Shown one piece after another: positions 7,826 to 17,490 of a stretch of DNA of 22,574 nucleotides (the first letter of the stretch is position 1; every line of letters starts with the position of its first letter). The notes below the pieces were generated by a model. That model did not search any database and had not been told where the DNA came from. It was given only the letters and a program-made list of their open reading frames with translations. The position numbers and the translations under genes were made by a program. The stretch is from Candidatus Hodarchaeota archaeon (GTDB taxonomy: Archaea; Asgardarchaeota; Heimdallarchaeia; Hodarchaeales; Hodarchaeaceae), in the NCBI GenBank assembly GCA_016839815.1, contig JAEOTM010000078.1:1-22574 (forward strand), read 5' to 3'.

Positions 7826-9844
7826 ATGAATAAATTATTCTTAATTCTTCTTTGTCTTTCAATACTTGTACCACTACAGATAAATGAAAACCAGCTTTCA
7901 GAATTATCTTCCAATGTCTTCTCTGAAGTGAATGTAAATTCAAAGATGGAAAGTACGACTGGACGTGTGGTCATCGAAGATACTATCCTCCCAAAGACAA
8001 ACTTAACCGTATCACAGTATATTTCGGGTCAAGGACAGGTAAATACGTATAGTACATCGGTGCTATCCCTGAATAATACGCATTGGTTTACTCGTTCGTA
8101 TTATGCAAACACAAGTGCAATTACTTCACCTTTTGATTCACTAATCCAAAGAGATAGTGTAAATCACAGTTATTCCACATCAAATTATTGGAATTGGGAT
8201 GAACTTCCAGATGGACCATTTGATTTTTGGATTGATCCTACTGGTTTTTCAATTGATTATATTTATTCAGTATACATCCAGGGGTATGGATATCGTGATG
8301 CCACAATCGTTGGGTTAGAAAACATCACCATGACTGGAGTAGGAACCTTTGAAGCTTGGAATATCACCATTGATTTTCCAGGTTTTCCAAATTTTGCGTT
8401 TTATGAAAAAAATACTGGATTTGCTTTGTGTACTTATTTGGAGTTTATTGGCGATATCTGGTATAACCTAACGTTAGCAGAGATAGCTGTTCTCTCTGGT
8501 GGATACGATGGTCCTGTTTTAGACAATTTCTCTCCTGTTAATTCTTCAATACTAGCGTCTGGGTCAGTGGTCTCAGTATCAATGGCTTCTCCTTATGGAG
8601 TTTTCCAGATTCAATATTCATGGGATGGAGGTACAGTGACCGCTTTGAGTGCTACTGATTTTCAAACGTTTTTACCTGAACTAGATGGTTTGCACAACCT
8701 ATCTGTTATAGTAACAGATAATATTGGTTATTCGATCTCCTTCTTACTTGAGTATACTACGGATAACACATTACCTGGAATAATTCTGAACGATCCTCAA
8801 AATAATAGTAGAATTCAAGGCACAAGAGAACTGAATTTTTCAATAGTATCAGGAAATGGAACCTTTACTTATAACTGGGATTATGGTCCTGTCAATGTAA
8901 GTTTTCTAATGAGTGGAGAAAATGCTGTTTTATCCATTCCTTCACCAGAGGTGGAGTCTGAGCGAAGTCTGAGAATATACATCAAGAGTAACGTAACTGA
9001 TATATGGATAACCAGTATTTATAAGTTTATCATTGATAATACTCCACCAGATATTACTATCTACAGTTTTGAGAATAATTCAGTAATAAAAGGGGATTTT
9101 TGGGTGATTTTTTCTCCAACAGAGAATGTGAACGCATCGTACTTCCTGAATGGAGTTTTTGTAGATTCTTCGATTGTTGAAGAGAATACAAATTCCTCGC
9201 TAATTTTCAATGATCTTGATAATGGAACTTATGGAGTAGAACTTATTCTAGAAGATGAAGCGGGGAATACATATAGCATCACATTAAAATTTTCTATATA
9301 TACAAGTGCTTTTAATTGGAATTGGCATCTTAATGCAAATCAAGCACATTCTTACGATTTCATTGATGATACTGGGGCTCAATGGTTCTCATTTGTGATT
9401 GTTTCAGCGAGTGAACAGTCGTTTAATATTTCGCTACTCCCAAATCCTGGTTCTCCTTCGTTAACAACACAGATGGAGTTTGGAATCGATCTTCTGTGTG
9501 AGGTTCCAGAAGACATCGTCTATGTTACTTTCACATATCTCTTATCCGAACCTTTACTTGATGAGAATCAGAGTTTTCCAGTTTTCCATTGGAATGTCTG
9601 GGATGATCAAAACCTAAAATGGTCTGAATCAGATACAATCTATAATCAGGTTCTTCACGCATGGGTAACCACTTCAATTGGTTATCATCAGTATTTTGCG
9701 CTTGTTGATGCTGATAAGAGTACTCATCTAAAATCTGTTGTAGTAGGGGGAGGTCAATTACCCTCATTTGACGTAATATTAGTTCTTTTATCAATAAGTA
9801 TCGTTTATGTATATAATCGTAAAAGAAAACAAAAGAATAAGTGA
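7826..9844 (+). CDS. Cell-surface glycoprotein with Ig-like repeats and a C-terminal membrane anchor/sorting signal
   Basis: Signal peptide MNKLFLILLCLSILV (start at 7826 preferred over 7793). Ig-like repeats with YSWD/YNWD, V..TD..G and DNTLP/DNTPP. About 21 N-x-S/T sequons. Ends LPSFD-hydrophobic helix-RKRKQKNK. Confidence 0.8.
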   Translation: MNKLFLILLCLSILVPLQINENQLSELSSNVFSEVNVNSKMESTTGRVVIEDTILPKTNLTVSQYISGQGQVNTYSTSVLSLNNTHWFTRSYYANTSAITSPFDSLIQRDSVNHSYSTSNYWNWDELPDGPFDFWIDPTGFSIDYIYSVYIQGYGYRDATIVGLENITMTGVGTFEAWNITIDFPGFPNFAFYEKNTGFALCTYLEFIGDIWYNLTLAEIAVLSGGYDGPVLDNFSPVNSSILASGSVVSVSMASPYGVFQIQYSWDGGTVTALSATDFQTFLPELDGLHNLSVIVTDNIGYSISFLLEYTTDNTLPGIILNDPQNNSRIQGTRELNFSIVSGNGTFTYNWDYGPVNVSFLMSGENAVLSIPSPEVESERSLRIYIKSNVTDIWITSIYKFIIDNTPPDITIYSFENNSVIKGDFWVIFSPTENVNASYFLNGVFVDSSIVEENTNSSLIFNDLDNGTYGVELILEDEAGNTYSITLKFSIYTSAFNWNWHLNANQAHSYDFIDDTGAQWFSFVIVSASEQSFNISLLPNPGSPSLTTQMEFGIDLLCEVPEDIVYVTFTYLLSEPLLDENQSFPVFHWNVWDDQNLKWSESDTIYNQVLHAWVTTSIGYHQYFALVDADKSTHLKSVVVGGGQLPSFDVILVLLSISIVYVYNRKRKQKNK

Positions 9845-10251
9845 AAAAAATGTCTATGAAACGAATCGAATATGAAGATGCAACAATTGTACTTCGCCTA
9901 ATCGCATTACTAGTTGATATTGTGATTGGAGTCATTCTTGCATTTTTAATGGATTTTGGATGGAGACTTGAATATGATATTTTTTGGTCGAAAATATTTA
10001 ACTTAGAAGGAGAAGCAATGTCTTTAGTTGTCCTCTGGTTCATTATTGCCCTTCCGATATATCATATCTTAATATCTAGCTTGACGAATGGTCAATCTGC
10101 TGGTAAACTAATTCTTGGTATTAGAGTTGTCACCGACTCGAATGAATCGACCAAGAGGATGTTTATTATTCACTTTAAACGCTTTTTCTTCCTTAAAGGA
10201 GGTACAAAAGTCGTTAAAGAAATTGATCCATCCGTAAAAGGGTTAGTATAA
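9841..10251 (+). CDS. RDD family membrane protein (short form)
   Basis: RLIALLVD, GQSAGKLILGIRVV and GTKVV motifs. GTGA overlap with the upstream stop; alternative ATG starts lie a few codons later. Confidence 0.85.
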   Translation: MKKMSMKRIEYEDATIVLRLIALLVDIVIGVILAFLMDFGWRLEYDIFWSKIFNLEGEAMSLVVLWFIIALPIYHILISSLTNGQSAGKLILGIRVVTDSNESTKRMFIIHFKRFFFLKGGTKVVKEIDPSVKGLV

Positions 10252-10286
10252 CCCTAGAAGTTCTGTAAACGAGAGATGAATCTACA

Positions 10287-11039
10287 GTGGAAATAGCGGA
10301 ACAGAAAAATCGAGTTTCACTTGAAGGGATGGTTACCCTTGAAAACGTCAGTCGTGTGTATAAGATGGGAGATCACAATATCCAAGCCTTAAAGGATATT
10401 AATTTATCGTTAGAGACTGGAAAACTAATTATAGTCTTAGGGCCATCTGGATCGGGTAAAACAACCCTTCTAAATGTGCTTGGGGCAATTGATAAATGTG
10501 ATGGGATTATTAAAATTGGTAATTTAGAAATTACACGGCTGAATAAGAAACAGTTAACTAAATATCGACGACAAAAATGTGGATTCATCTTTCAATTTTT
10601 TAACCTGCTTCCTGTATTTAATGCACTCGAAAACGTTGAATATGCCCTAGAATTAGCCTCTAAATTATCTCGAAAAGAGGTAACAAATCGTGCGACAGAA
10701 TATTTACGCAAAGTAGGACTCTATGAAAAACGTTTCCATTTTCCTTCTCAATTATCTGGTGGAGAACAACAACGAGTTGCAGCAGCTCGAGCTATGGCGA
10801 AAAATCCTGAGTTACTTCTTTGTGATGAACCGACAGGAGAATTATCTGTTAAAGAGGGAAAACAGGTGTTAACTGCTATCCAAAATATAGTAAAGGAGCG
10901 ATCTGATGTAATGACAGTACTAGTTACTCATAATCAAAAAATCGCACAAATTGGGGATGTAGTTATCCGTTTACGTTCTGGTGAGGTTGATTCGATAGAG
11001 GAGCAAATTCCGATCCCAGCAGAGCAATTATCATGGTAA
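10287..11039 (+). CDS. ABC transporter ATP-binding protein, LolD/MacB type (variant D-loop)
   Basis: [37 protein letters not shown] and VTHN motifs. Confidence 0.95.
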   Translation: MEIAEQKNRVSLEGMVTLENVSRVYKMGDHNIQALKDINLSLETGKLIIVLGPSGSGKTTLLNVLGAIDKCDGIIKIGNLEITRLNKKQLTKYRRQKCGFIFQFFNLLPVFNALENVEYALELASKLSRKEVTNRATEYLRKVGLYEKRFHFPSQLSGGEQQRVAAARAMAKNPELLLCDEPTGELSVKEGKQVLTAIQNIVKERSDVMTVLVTHNQKIAQIGDVVIRLRSGEVDSIEEQIPIPAEQLSW

Positions 11040-11052
11040 AAAGTGAATAAGA

Positions 11053-13587
11053 ATGGCAAAAACAGTTAAGAACATTTATAGGGCAATTAACGCAAACAAA
11101 ATTCGCTTATTAACCATCGCAATGGTTATCGCAATTGGTATTACCTCATTCAATGGGATGATAACAGCTTTTGTCCATATGACACGGACGTACGATACCG
11201 CGTTTGATGAGCATAATATGGCTTCCTTTACACTACAAACTGCGAATCCTGGAGGAACTGGAGAAGATGCATGGATTGATTATAACAATTTAACAAGTTT
11301 TCTTAAAGAATTTCAAGAGCAGGAGACGCGGGTTAGAGCGTTTGAACTTAGAATTGTTTATAACACAATCTTTGAGATACGTGGTGAACAACAAAATGGC
11401 CAAATCGTAGCTATGAATACTCTCGATTCTCAGGGTAATCATCGTGAACAGCCTGACGTGAATGGGTATAGAATTCTCTCTGGAATGCCATTCTCTCCCT
11501 TAAGTCAATACCAAAATGTATGCCTTGTGGAAGCTCATCTCGCAGAATACTGGAAATTAGATCCCAAAGAGTTTATTGCGATTGGGGATTCCAAAATACC
11601 ATTTGAAATTGTTGGTGTAATCGGTTCTCCTGAATATTTAATCAATCAAGGTTCATATGCAGACATCATGCCCAGTCCACGCCGTTTTGGAGTGGTATTT
11701 TTACCTTTAACAGCGGCACAGAATATATTGGGTGTTTATGGAAAAGTAAATGAGATTTCAGTTTTACTTGAGGATGGGCTATCCAAAAACAGTCGTGAGA
11801 AAATTGCTGATGAGCTGAAACAGTTCCTTGAGGCCACACACGATCTCAAAATGGGTGCCCCAGTAGATATTGACAATCAACCATCTTATTGGTTGTTACG
11901 ATTAGATATTGAGGAAGCTAGAGAGTTTGGAATTGTGCTTCCAATCATTATTTTAGGTATGGCAATTGGAGGATTATATGTATTACTAAGTAGAATGGTT
12001 GTCGCTGAAAGAAAAGATATTGGTGTTGCTCAAGCCCTTGGATATGATAGAAGAACTATTATCCTGCAGTATCTAGGTATTTCTATGGTCATTGCTATTG
12101 TTGGAACGATTATAGGTACGCTACTAGGACTGTGGTTCTTAAGTTATTTCAGTCCTCTTTATGTTGACATGCTTACGATACCATTCGACCCTGAAGTTAC
12201 TATAGAATGGCCCATAGTTATTGCTGGTGTTATTATAGGAATTTTAACCGGTTTAGTAGGTGGGTACTTCCCAGTTCGAGGATCTATTCAACCTCTTCCA
12301 GCTGAGAGTCTTCGTTTTGATCCTTCACTTCATATTACAACAGGAAAAGTCCCCCTGATTGAACGAGTCCTGAATAAGCTTAGAATTACCCCACGTGTTA
12401 CAGGTTTGAGACTTCCCTTACGCAATTTCTTCCGAAGCAAACGAAGAACTTTTTCCTCTGTATTCGCTATTATTGTTTCAGTCTCTCTAATTTCCATGGC
12501 CTTTGGTATGATAGAGTCCATGGATGAATCCTTAACTTTTTATTATGAGGTTTCAGAAGATTGGGATCTTCGGGTCGATTTTTCAGAAATACCAACAAAT
12601 GCATCACAGATTGCTCGTGCGATTAAACATAATATTGCAGGTGTCACAGATGTGACTTATCACCTATTATCTGGGGCGAGTGTTACTTCTTCTGAATCAA
12701 CTGAGAGTAAACAAGTCAGTGTAATTGGAATGAATGATTCAGATGGGTATTTAGGCCATACTTTCGACTTTGAGTCTGGAGGGTGGGATCCAGATGGAAT
12801 CATCATTTCTGTTCCAGTTGCAGAGGCCTTGAACGTCGGATTAAATGATGAAGTATCTTTAGAACTTCCAAAACTGACAAAATTGGTTTCTACTACACCA
12901 TTACGAGCTCATTTTGAACTTGTGAATGTTTCGTTCCAAATTTCTGGCATTATTGATGAATTTAACGGATTAAATGCGTTTGTTGGTTTGGAGAATTTAG
13001 TCAAGGAAAGTAATTTTCCTGGAGAACCTGCAAATACCATTCTAATAAAAGTTGAGAATCCCACTCCTGAGCGTTTAGAGCTAATACGAGAACAAATTAA
13101 AGAAAATTACAGTTATAATATTCGAAATATTGCCACAAAAGCTGAACAGAAGAATGAATTACTAGAGTTAATGGATTTATTGTATAATATTATATATTTC
13201 GTTGCTATTTTTGCTGTTATTCTCTCTTGTGCCATTGTTTACAATACTATCTATATTAGTTTGCAGGAACAACAACGAGAAATTGCTACTTTGCTTACAA
13301 TCGGAACTAATAATAGAAAGTTAATACGAAATATCACAGTGGAAAATTTCGTTATTACACTCGTTGGGACTATTTTTGGATTAATTTTAGGGTGGATTAT
13401 GTTATGGTTCTTCATGAGAGTTATACTCGACATGGAATTTTTCCGGATTAAGCTTTTCATTAGTAATAATACAATTATTACCAGTTTTGTCTTGACCTAC
13501 ATTGGGGTTCTAGTTGCACAATTCTTTCCTTTACGTAAAGCCTTGAATCTGAATCTTGCTGAAGCTACAAAGGAGCGTGTAGTGTAG
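11053..13587 (+). CDS. ABC transporter permease, duplicated FtsX/MacB (type VII) architecture
   Basis: Two halves, each TM - large extracytoplasmic domain - three TMs, with coupling motifs ERKDIGVAQALG and EQQREIATLLTIG. Confidence 0.93.
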   Translation: MAKTVKNIYRAINANKIRLLTIAMVIAIGITSFNGMITAFVHMTRTYDTAFDEHNMASFTLQTANPGGTGEDAWIDYNNLTSFLKEFQEQETRVRAFELRIVYNTIFEIRGEQQNGQIVAMNTLDSQGNHREQPDVNGYRILSGMPFSPLSQYQNVCLVEAHLAEYWKLDPKEFIAIGDSKIPFEIVGVIGSPEYLINQGSYADIMPSPRRFGVVFLPLTAAQNILGVYGKVNEISVLLEDGLSKNSREKIADELKQFLEATHDLKMGAPVDIDNQPSYWLLRLDIEEAREFGIVLPIIILGMAIGGLYVLLSRMVVAERKDIGVAQALGYDRRTIILQYLGISMVIAIVGTIIGTLLGLWFLSYFSPLYVDMLTIPFDPEVTIEWPIVIAGVIIGILTGLVGGYFPVRGSIQPLPAESLRFDPSLHITTGKVPLIERVLNKLRITPRVTGLRLPLRNFFRSKRRTFSSVFAIIVSVSLISMAFGMIESMDESLTFYYEVSEDWDLRVDFSEIPTNASQIARAIKHNIAGVTDVTYHLLSGASVTSSESTESKQVSVIGMNDSDGYLGHTFDFESGGWDPDGIIISVPVAEALNVGLNDEVSLELPKLTKLVSTTPLRAHFELVNVSFQISGIIDEFNGLNAFVGLENLVKESNFPGEPANTILIKVENPTPERLELIREQIKENYSYNIRNIATKAEQKNELLELMDLLYNIIYFVAIFAVILSCAIVYNTIYISLQEQQREIATLLTIGTNNRKLIRNITVENFVITLVGTIFGLILGWIMLWFFMRVILDMEFFRIKLFISNNTIITSFVLTYIGVLVAQFFPLRKALNLNLAEATKERVV

Positions 13588-13598
13588 GAGGAACAATC

Positions 13599-14342
13599 AT
13601 GGCATTTATTGAGATTTCAAATTTATCGAAAGTGTATTCGTTAGGGGAAACAAAGACTCTAGCACTCAATGGTGTTGATTTAGAAATTGATAAAGGAGAA
13701 TTAGTCATTTTTTATGGTCCATCAGGTGCTGGTAAAACAACTCTTCTGAATATGATTGGGGGATTAGATATCCCCAATTCAGGCACCGTTGTGGTTGATG
13801 AAATTCCTGTTTCAACTCTTTCTGCAAAATGGTTAACTACTTATAGAAGGAAAAAGATTGGAGTGGTTTTTCAATTCTTCAATCTAATTTCTAGATTGAA
13901 TGCGCTTGAGAATATTGAGTATGCTATTGATCTTATTGGTGTTAAACAATCGAACGGGAAACCGTCTTTCAATAGCAAGATTATACGACAGAAAGCTCAG
14001 GAATATCTTGAAAAAGTTGGATTAAAGGATCGGATGCATCACTTCCCTGCGCAGCTTAGTGGAGGTGAGCAACAACGCGTTTCAATTGCGCGTGCTCTCG
14101 CTAAAGAACCAGAAATATTACTAGCAGATGAACCGACAGGAAACCTGGACTATGCGATTGGACGCGAGGTTCTTGAAATAATGGAGGCTATGACTGGAAA
14201 AGCGCAGAATCGCACCGTAATAATTGTGACACATAATCCAGCTATTTGTCCCCTTGGTGACCGAGTGGTACGACTATCTGATGGAAAAGTTGTAGAGAAC
14301 TATACACAAAAATACACTTCTGCTAAGGAACTCTATTGGTGA
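13599..14342 (+). CDS. ABC transporter ATP-binding protein, LolD/MacB type
   Basis: [28 protein letters not shown] and VTHN motifs. AGGAGG RBS. Confidence 0.95.
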   Translation: MAFIEISNLSKVYSLGETKTLALNGVDLEIDKGELVIFYGPSGAGKTTLLNMIGGLDIPNSGTVVVDEIPVSTLSAKWLTTYRRKKIGVVFQFFNLISRLNALENIEYAIDLIGVKQSNGKPSFNSKIIRQKAQEYLEKVGLKDRMHHFPAQLSGGEQQRVSIARALAKEPEILLADEPTGNLDYAIGREVLEIMEAMTGKAQNRTVIIVTHNPAICPLGDRVVRLSDGKVVENYTQKYTSAKELYW

Positions 14343-14408
14343 TTTTCGTATCAAAATCATCTAAAATGAAGGAGAAAAATTCTTCTTAAAGAGCTATAAG
14401 TGTTAATT

Positions 14409-15077
14409 ATGGCAAGAAGATCAATAAAGATTACACCAAAGGATGCAGGAAGCGAAAATTCTACAAATCTTGAGAAGTACGACGATGTACTAAATTCTTT
14501 GGAATCAATCCAGACAAAACGTAAAGTAGCTGCATCTACAAATGGTGTTGCTGGACCTGCAGTCAAACCTACTACCCTGATTATGGCTATTGTGGTAGTT
14601 GGGATTGCAGCAACGTTGCTACTTACTTTTGGAGCAGATCCTTCCACATTTGGCCCTACTGTGGAAACCTCGGATCTCGATGATTTAGATTTTGAAATTC
14701 AACTTTTGGATTCTACACGGTTGATGCTTTCAGACTATGCAGGTCAACCAATTATTTTGGATTTATTTGCCACATGGTGCCAACCATGTATAACTCAAAT
14801 TGCTGAGTTGCAGAAACTACAGGCTAAACATCCAAATGTTCATATTCTGTCAGTTTCGATTGAATCTGATGACACTATCCCCGTTTTACAATTATTTTCC
14901 TCACAACATGGCATGGATTGGGTAGTCGGACGTGATGTAACAGAAAAAGGTACCTCACTCTTCCAAGTGACATCAATTCCCACTATGGCATTCTTCAATA
15001 GTCAGGGTATCTTAAAACATCATGATTCGGGGATTCAGACTGAAGAAACTATGAGTAACTGGATTAAAGAAAATTAA
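14409..15077 (+). CDS. Membrane-anchored TlpA/ResA-like thiol-disulfide oxidoreductase
   Basis: Single TM, then LSDYAGQPIILDLFATWCQPC (CxxC) and cis-Pro SIPT. The ATG at 14409 is preferred over the GTG at 14400. Confidence 0.9.
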   Translation: MARRSIKITPKDAGSENSTNLEKYDDVLNSLESIQTKRKVAASTNGVAGPAVKPTTLIMAIVVVGIAATLLLTFGADPSTFGPTVETSDLDDLDFEIQLLDSTRLMLSDYAGQPIILDLFATWCQPCITQIAELQKLQAKHPNVHILSVSIESDDTIPVLQLFSSQHGMDWVVGRDVTEKGTSLFQVTSIPTMAFFNSQGILKHHDSGIQTEETMSNWIKEN

Positions 15078-15102
15078 TAACACCAAATACAAAGGGACTT
15101 TC

Positions 15103-15867
15103 ATGTATATTTTCGGTATAGAACTTGATAATTCCCTTGGCTTGCCTTTATTTTTCCTAGCAGGAATCTATGTAGCTTTATCTCCGTGTTTATTCCCTAT
15201 TATGCCAATGACCATATTTCGTATCATGAGTAAGGATATAATAGATTCAGAGGGAAAGGAAACTCATCCTTCACGCCAACTTGCTTTACGCTGGGTAAGT
15301 ATTTTAGTAAGTGGAATACTTATTACATTTATTTCAGTGGCACTCATCCTAATGTATCTTTGGAGCGGGATTGGAACGGAAATTCTTTTGCTTTATGGGG
15401 AATTTACATTCATACTGGGATTAGTCTTGATTGCAATGGGAATCTTCATCATTTTTCCAGCTTTATCAGAAAGAACTTTTGCCCGTATTCCTATCCCCAT
15501 GCAGATTTCAAATCTGATGGCTCGTGAAGAGTATAAACAATTAGATCTATTTCTTATTGGTTTTGGGTATTCTTTTATTGCCTTACCATGTGCGTTTCCC
15601 GTTTTTCTGGCCTTATTGACGATAATAATTTCAACCGCAAATCCAATTTTTACATTGATTGGATTATCACTTTTTGGGATTGGTTTGTTTATCCCCTACT
15701 TGATTCTTGTTTTTGTTACAGCTGAAGCAAGAATACGAGCAGCCCGTGTGTTAGCTGAACGATTTAGAATAGTAGAAATCATTACTGGAGTAGTAATAAT
15801 ACTATTTGGCATTTTGTTCCTTTTACCTGCTTTTGGGGGTCCACGCTTGTTCGTGTTATCAGGTTAG
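15103..15867 (+). CDS. ccdA: CcdA/DsbD transmembrane electron transporter
   Basis: Two PC motifs (LSPCLFPIMP, LPCAFP), six TMs, GIGLFIPY. Adjacent to TlpA. Confidence 0.9.
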   Translation: MYIFGIELDNSLGLPLFFLAGIYVALSPCLFPIMPMTIFRIMSKDIIDSEGKETHPSRQLALRWVSILVSGILITFISVALILMYLWSGIGTEILLLYGEFTFILGLVLIAMGIFIIFPALSERTFARIPIPMQISNLMAREEYKQLDLFLIGFGYSFIALPCAFPVFLALLTIIISTANPIFTLIGLSLFGIGLFIPYLILVFVTAEARIRAARVLAERFRIVEIITGVVIILFGILFLLPAFGGPRLFVLSG

Positions 15868-15878
15868 TTCTTAGTAGC

Positions 15879-17039
15879 TTAAGAATTATCAGAAAAATCC
15901 ATTTTTAATAATAACAGAGGCTTTGGGAGATCTTCCATATTCTGTTGAAGAAAGTTATCAAAATCCATGATTGTGATTGGTTTCTCAAATTTCATGACGA
16001 TATCGAGAAATTTTTCAATTCCTCGTAACTCTGTTCCCGCTAAACCGATTTCACGGGTTACAATTTCGTTTGTGAGTGCTAAAAGGAGGGCTTCGAAGCG
16101 TGGAGTAAGGTCTAAGGTACGTCCAAACTCTTGGTAGGTTTTTCGCATACCAGTCCATAGATTGACACGATCATTAAGTTCATTTTCTTTTGCTTTTCCC
16201 CATTGGTGAAGTTCTGAAGATAACCAAGATTCTTGTTGAATTAATTCTGTAAAAGCTGCTAATGGGGAAATACTTGCTAGGATTACATAAGGAGTATGAT
16301 ACAGGTAGCGAAAAACTTGAAAAACAACTTTGGAATTAAATTTCAGTGAGTGATACTCCTTTAGTTCAACCCACCATTCTTGATTCTTCCATTTCCCTAC
16401 AAGATCAGGGGCAAGGATGACTCCATATAGATCCTCCAATTCCCCTTCTTCCAAATCTGAAGCTTCGTTCAAATCTTCAAATCCTAACTCTGTCAGGAAG
16501 GATCTTAAAACGTTTATACTTTCTTCAGAATGATCACTTTCAGGCGCTTCTATAAGGTCTTCAGCGTATTTTCGTCGTTTTGCTCTCTCGATATAATTAT
16601 TTAGAGTGGGAAGTAATGATTTATATTCAGATTTAGGCTTTAAATTAATTTTTTCTTGAATAGATTCAAGATCCTCAATTCTTGGACGTAATTGTCTTTC
16701 TACAGCTTCATTCCGGTAAAATATTGAAGAGTATCTCCCCTTTTTTCGATCAGTGCGTGTTGGCATACCAAAGCATGCTCGAAGTGAATTAGGGGTGTGA
16801 TATAAGAATGGATACTGACGGACAAACTGAACTCCCGCAGCTAAGGCGATTTCTCTGAATAATTTTCTATCTGGAACATTCCATGGTAGTGATTCAATTA
16901 AAGCAAATTCATTTAATCGTTGAATTAGTCCTTCTAGTCGATTTTTGTGAAAACCACGAACTCCCTTTAATTCGTTAGGGTTTTGTCGTAGGTATTTGCG
17001 TACTCTGTTTAAAATTGTTTTTCGTGTTTGTGGAGGCAT
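15879..17039 (-). CDS. Hypothetical protein with putative PD-(D/E)XK nuclease domain
   Basis: 386-aa ORF with GGAGAG RBS. Motif order E...FLTELGF - APDLVG - WWVELK - FQVFRY. Confidence 0.65.
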   Translation of the reverse strand: MPPQTRKTILNRVRKYLRQNPNELKGVRGFHKNRLEGLIQRLNEFALIESLPWNVPDRKLFREIALAAGVQFVRQYPFLYHTPNSLRACFGMPTRTDRKKGRYSSIFYRNEAVERQLRPRIEDLESIQEKINLKPKSEYKSLLPTLNNYIERAKRRKYAEDLIEAPESDHSEESINVLRSFLTELGFEDLNEASDLEEGELEDLYGVILAPDLVGKWKNQEWWVELKEYHSLKFNSKVVFQVFRYLYHTPYVILASISPLAAFTELIQQESWLSSELHQWGKAKENELNDRVNLWTGMRKTYQEFGRTLDLTPRFEALLLALTNEIVTREIGLAGTELRGIEKFLDIVMKFEKPITIMDFDNFLQQNMEDLPKPLLLLKMDFSDNS

Positions 17040-17490
17040 TAAAAAGGTCTCTCTCCAGCAATAGTAAAATTAAGTTCATAATGATTTGTTATACGAATTA
17101 AGTGGTAGTAGACAGTGCTATCAATGACTTGACAATTATTTTTTATTTCAATTATAGTATAGCTTATAGCCTGAATATCGTTTCTTGGGCCGTATTTTTT
17201 CCTATGCTTAATCTTATCTTAGGCTTTATATACTCCTCCTTATCACTGATAAAAAAGGTTTTTGTGATTTTCATCCAGGTCTCGACCTATATTTTTGCAC
17301 ACCGATTAAATTCAATATATGGCCAACTGTAAAGAGAGTCTTAAAGTCCAAATAGCATCTTCTCCTCACTATTCAGTAGAATAATGATTTAACAGAACAA
17401 AAATTCCAAATTCTCTGGATCAGTTAAATTTATCCACCCATGAATAAGTTGATTTCTGACTTTTAGAACAAATTTAACGGTGGGATTCTG

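Noticed and set aside
7753-14647. Minus-strand ORFs at 7753-7974, 9531-10043, 10373-10588, 12330-12521, 13251-13460 and 14357-14647
   Set aside because: They lie antisense to the plus-strand operon and show no recognisable protein features.
14409-15867. Cytochrome c maturation locus
   Set aside because: No CcsA/CcsB/CcmF gene or CxxCH protein is in the window; CcdA-TlpA pairs have broader roles.
17102-17332. 76-aa hydrophobic plus-strand ORF
   Set aside because: GTG start with no clear RBS. The hydrophobicity is explained by T-rich intergenic DNA. Not fully excluded.
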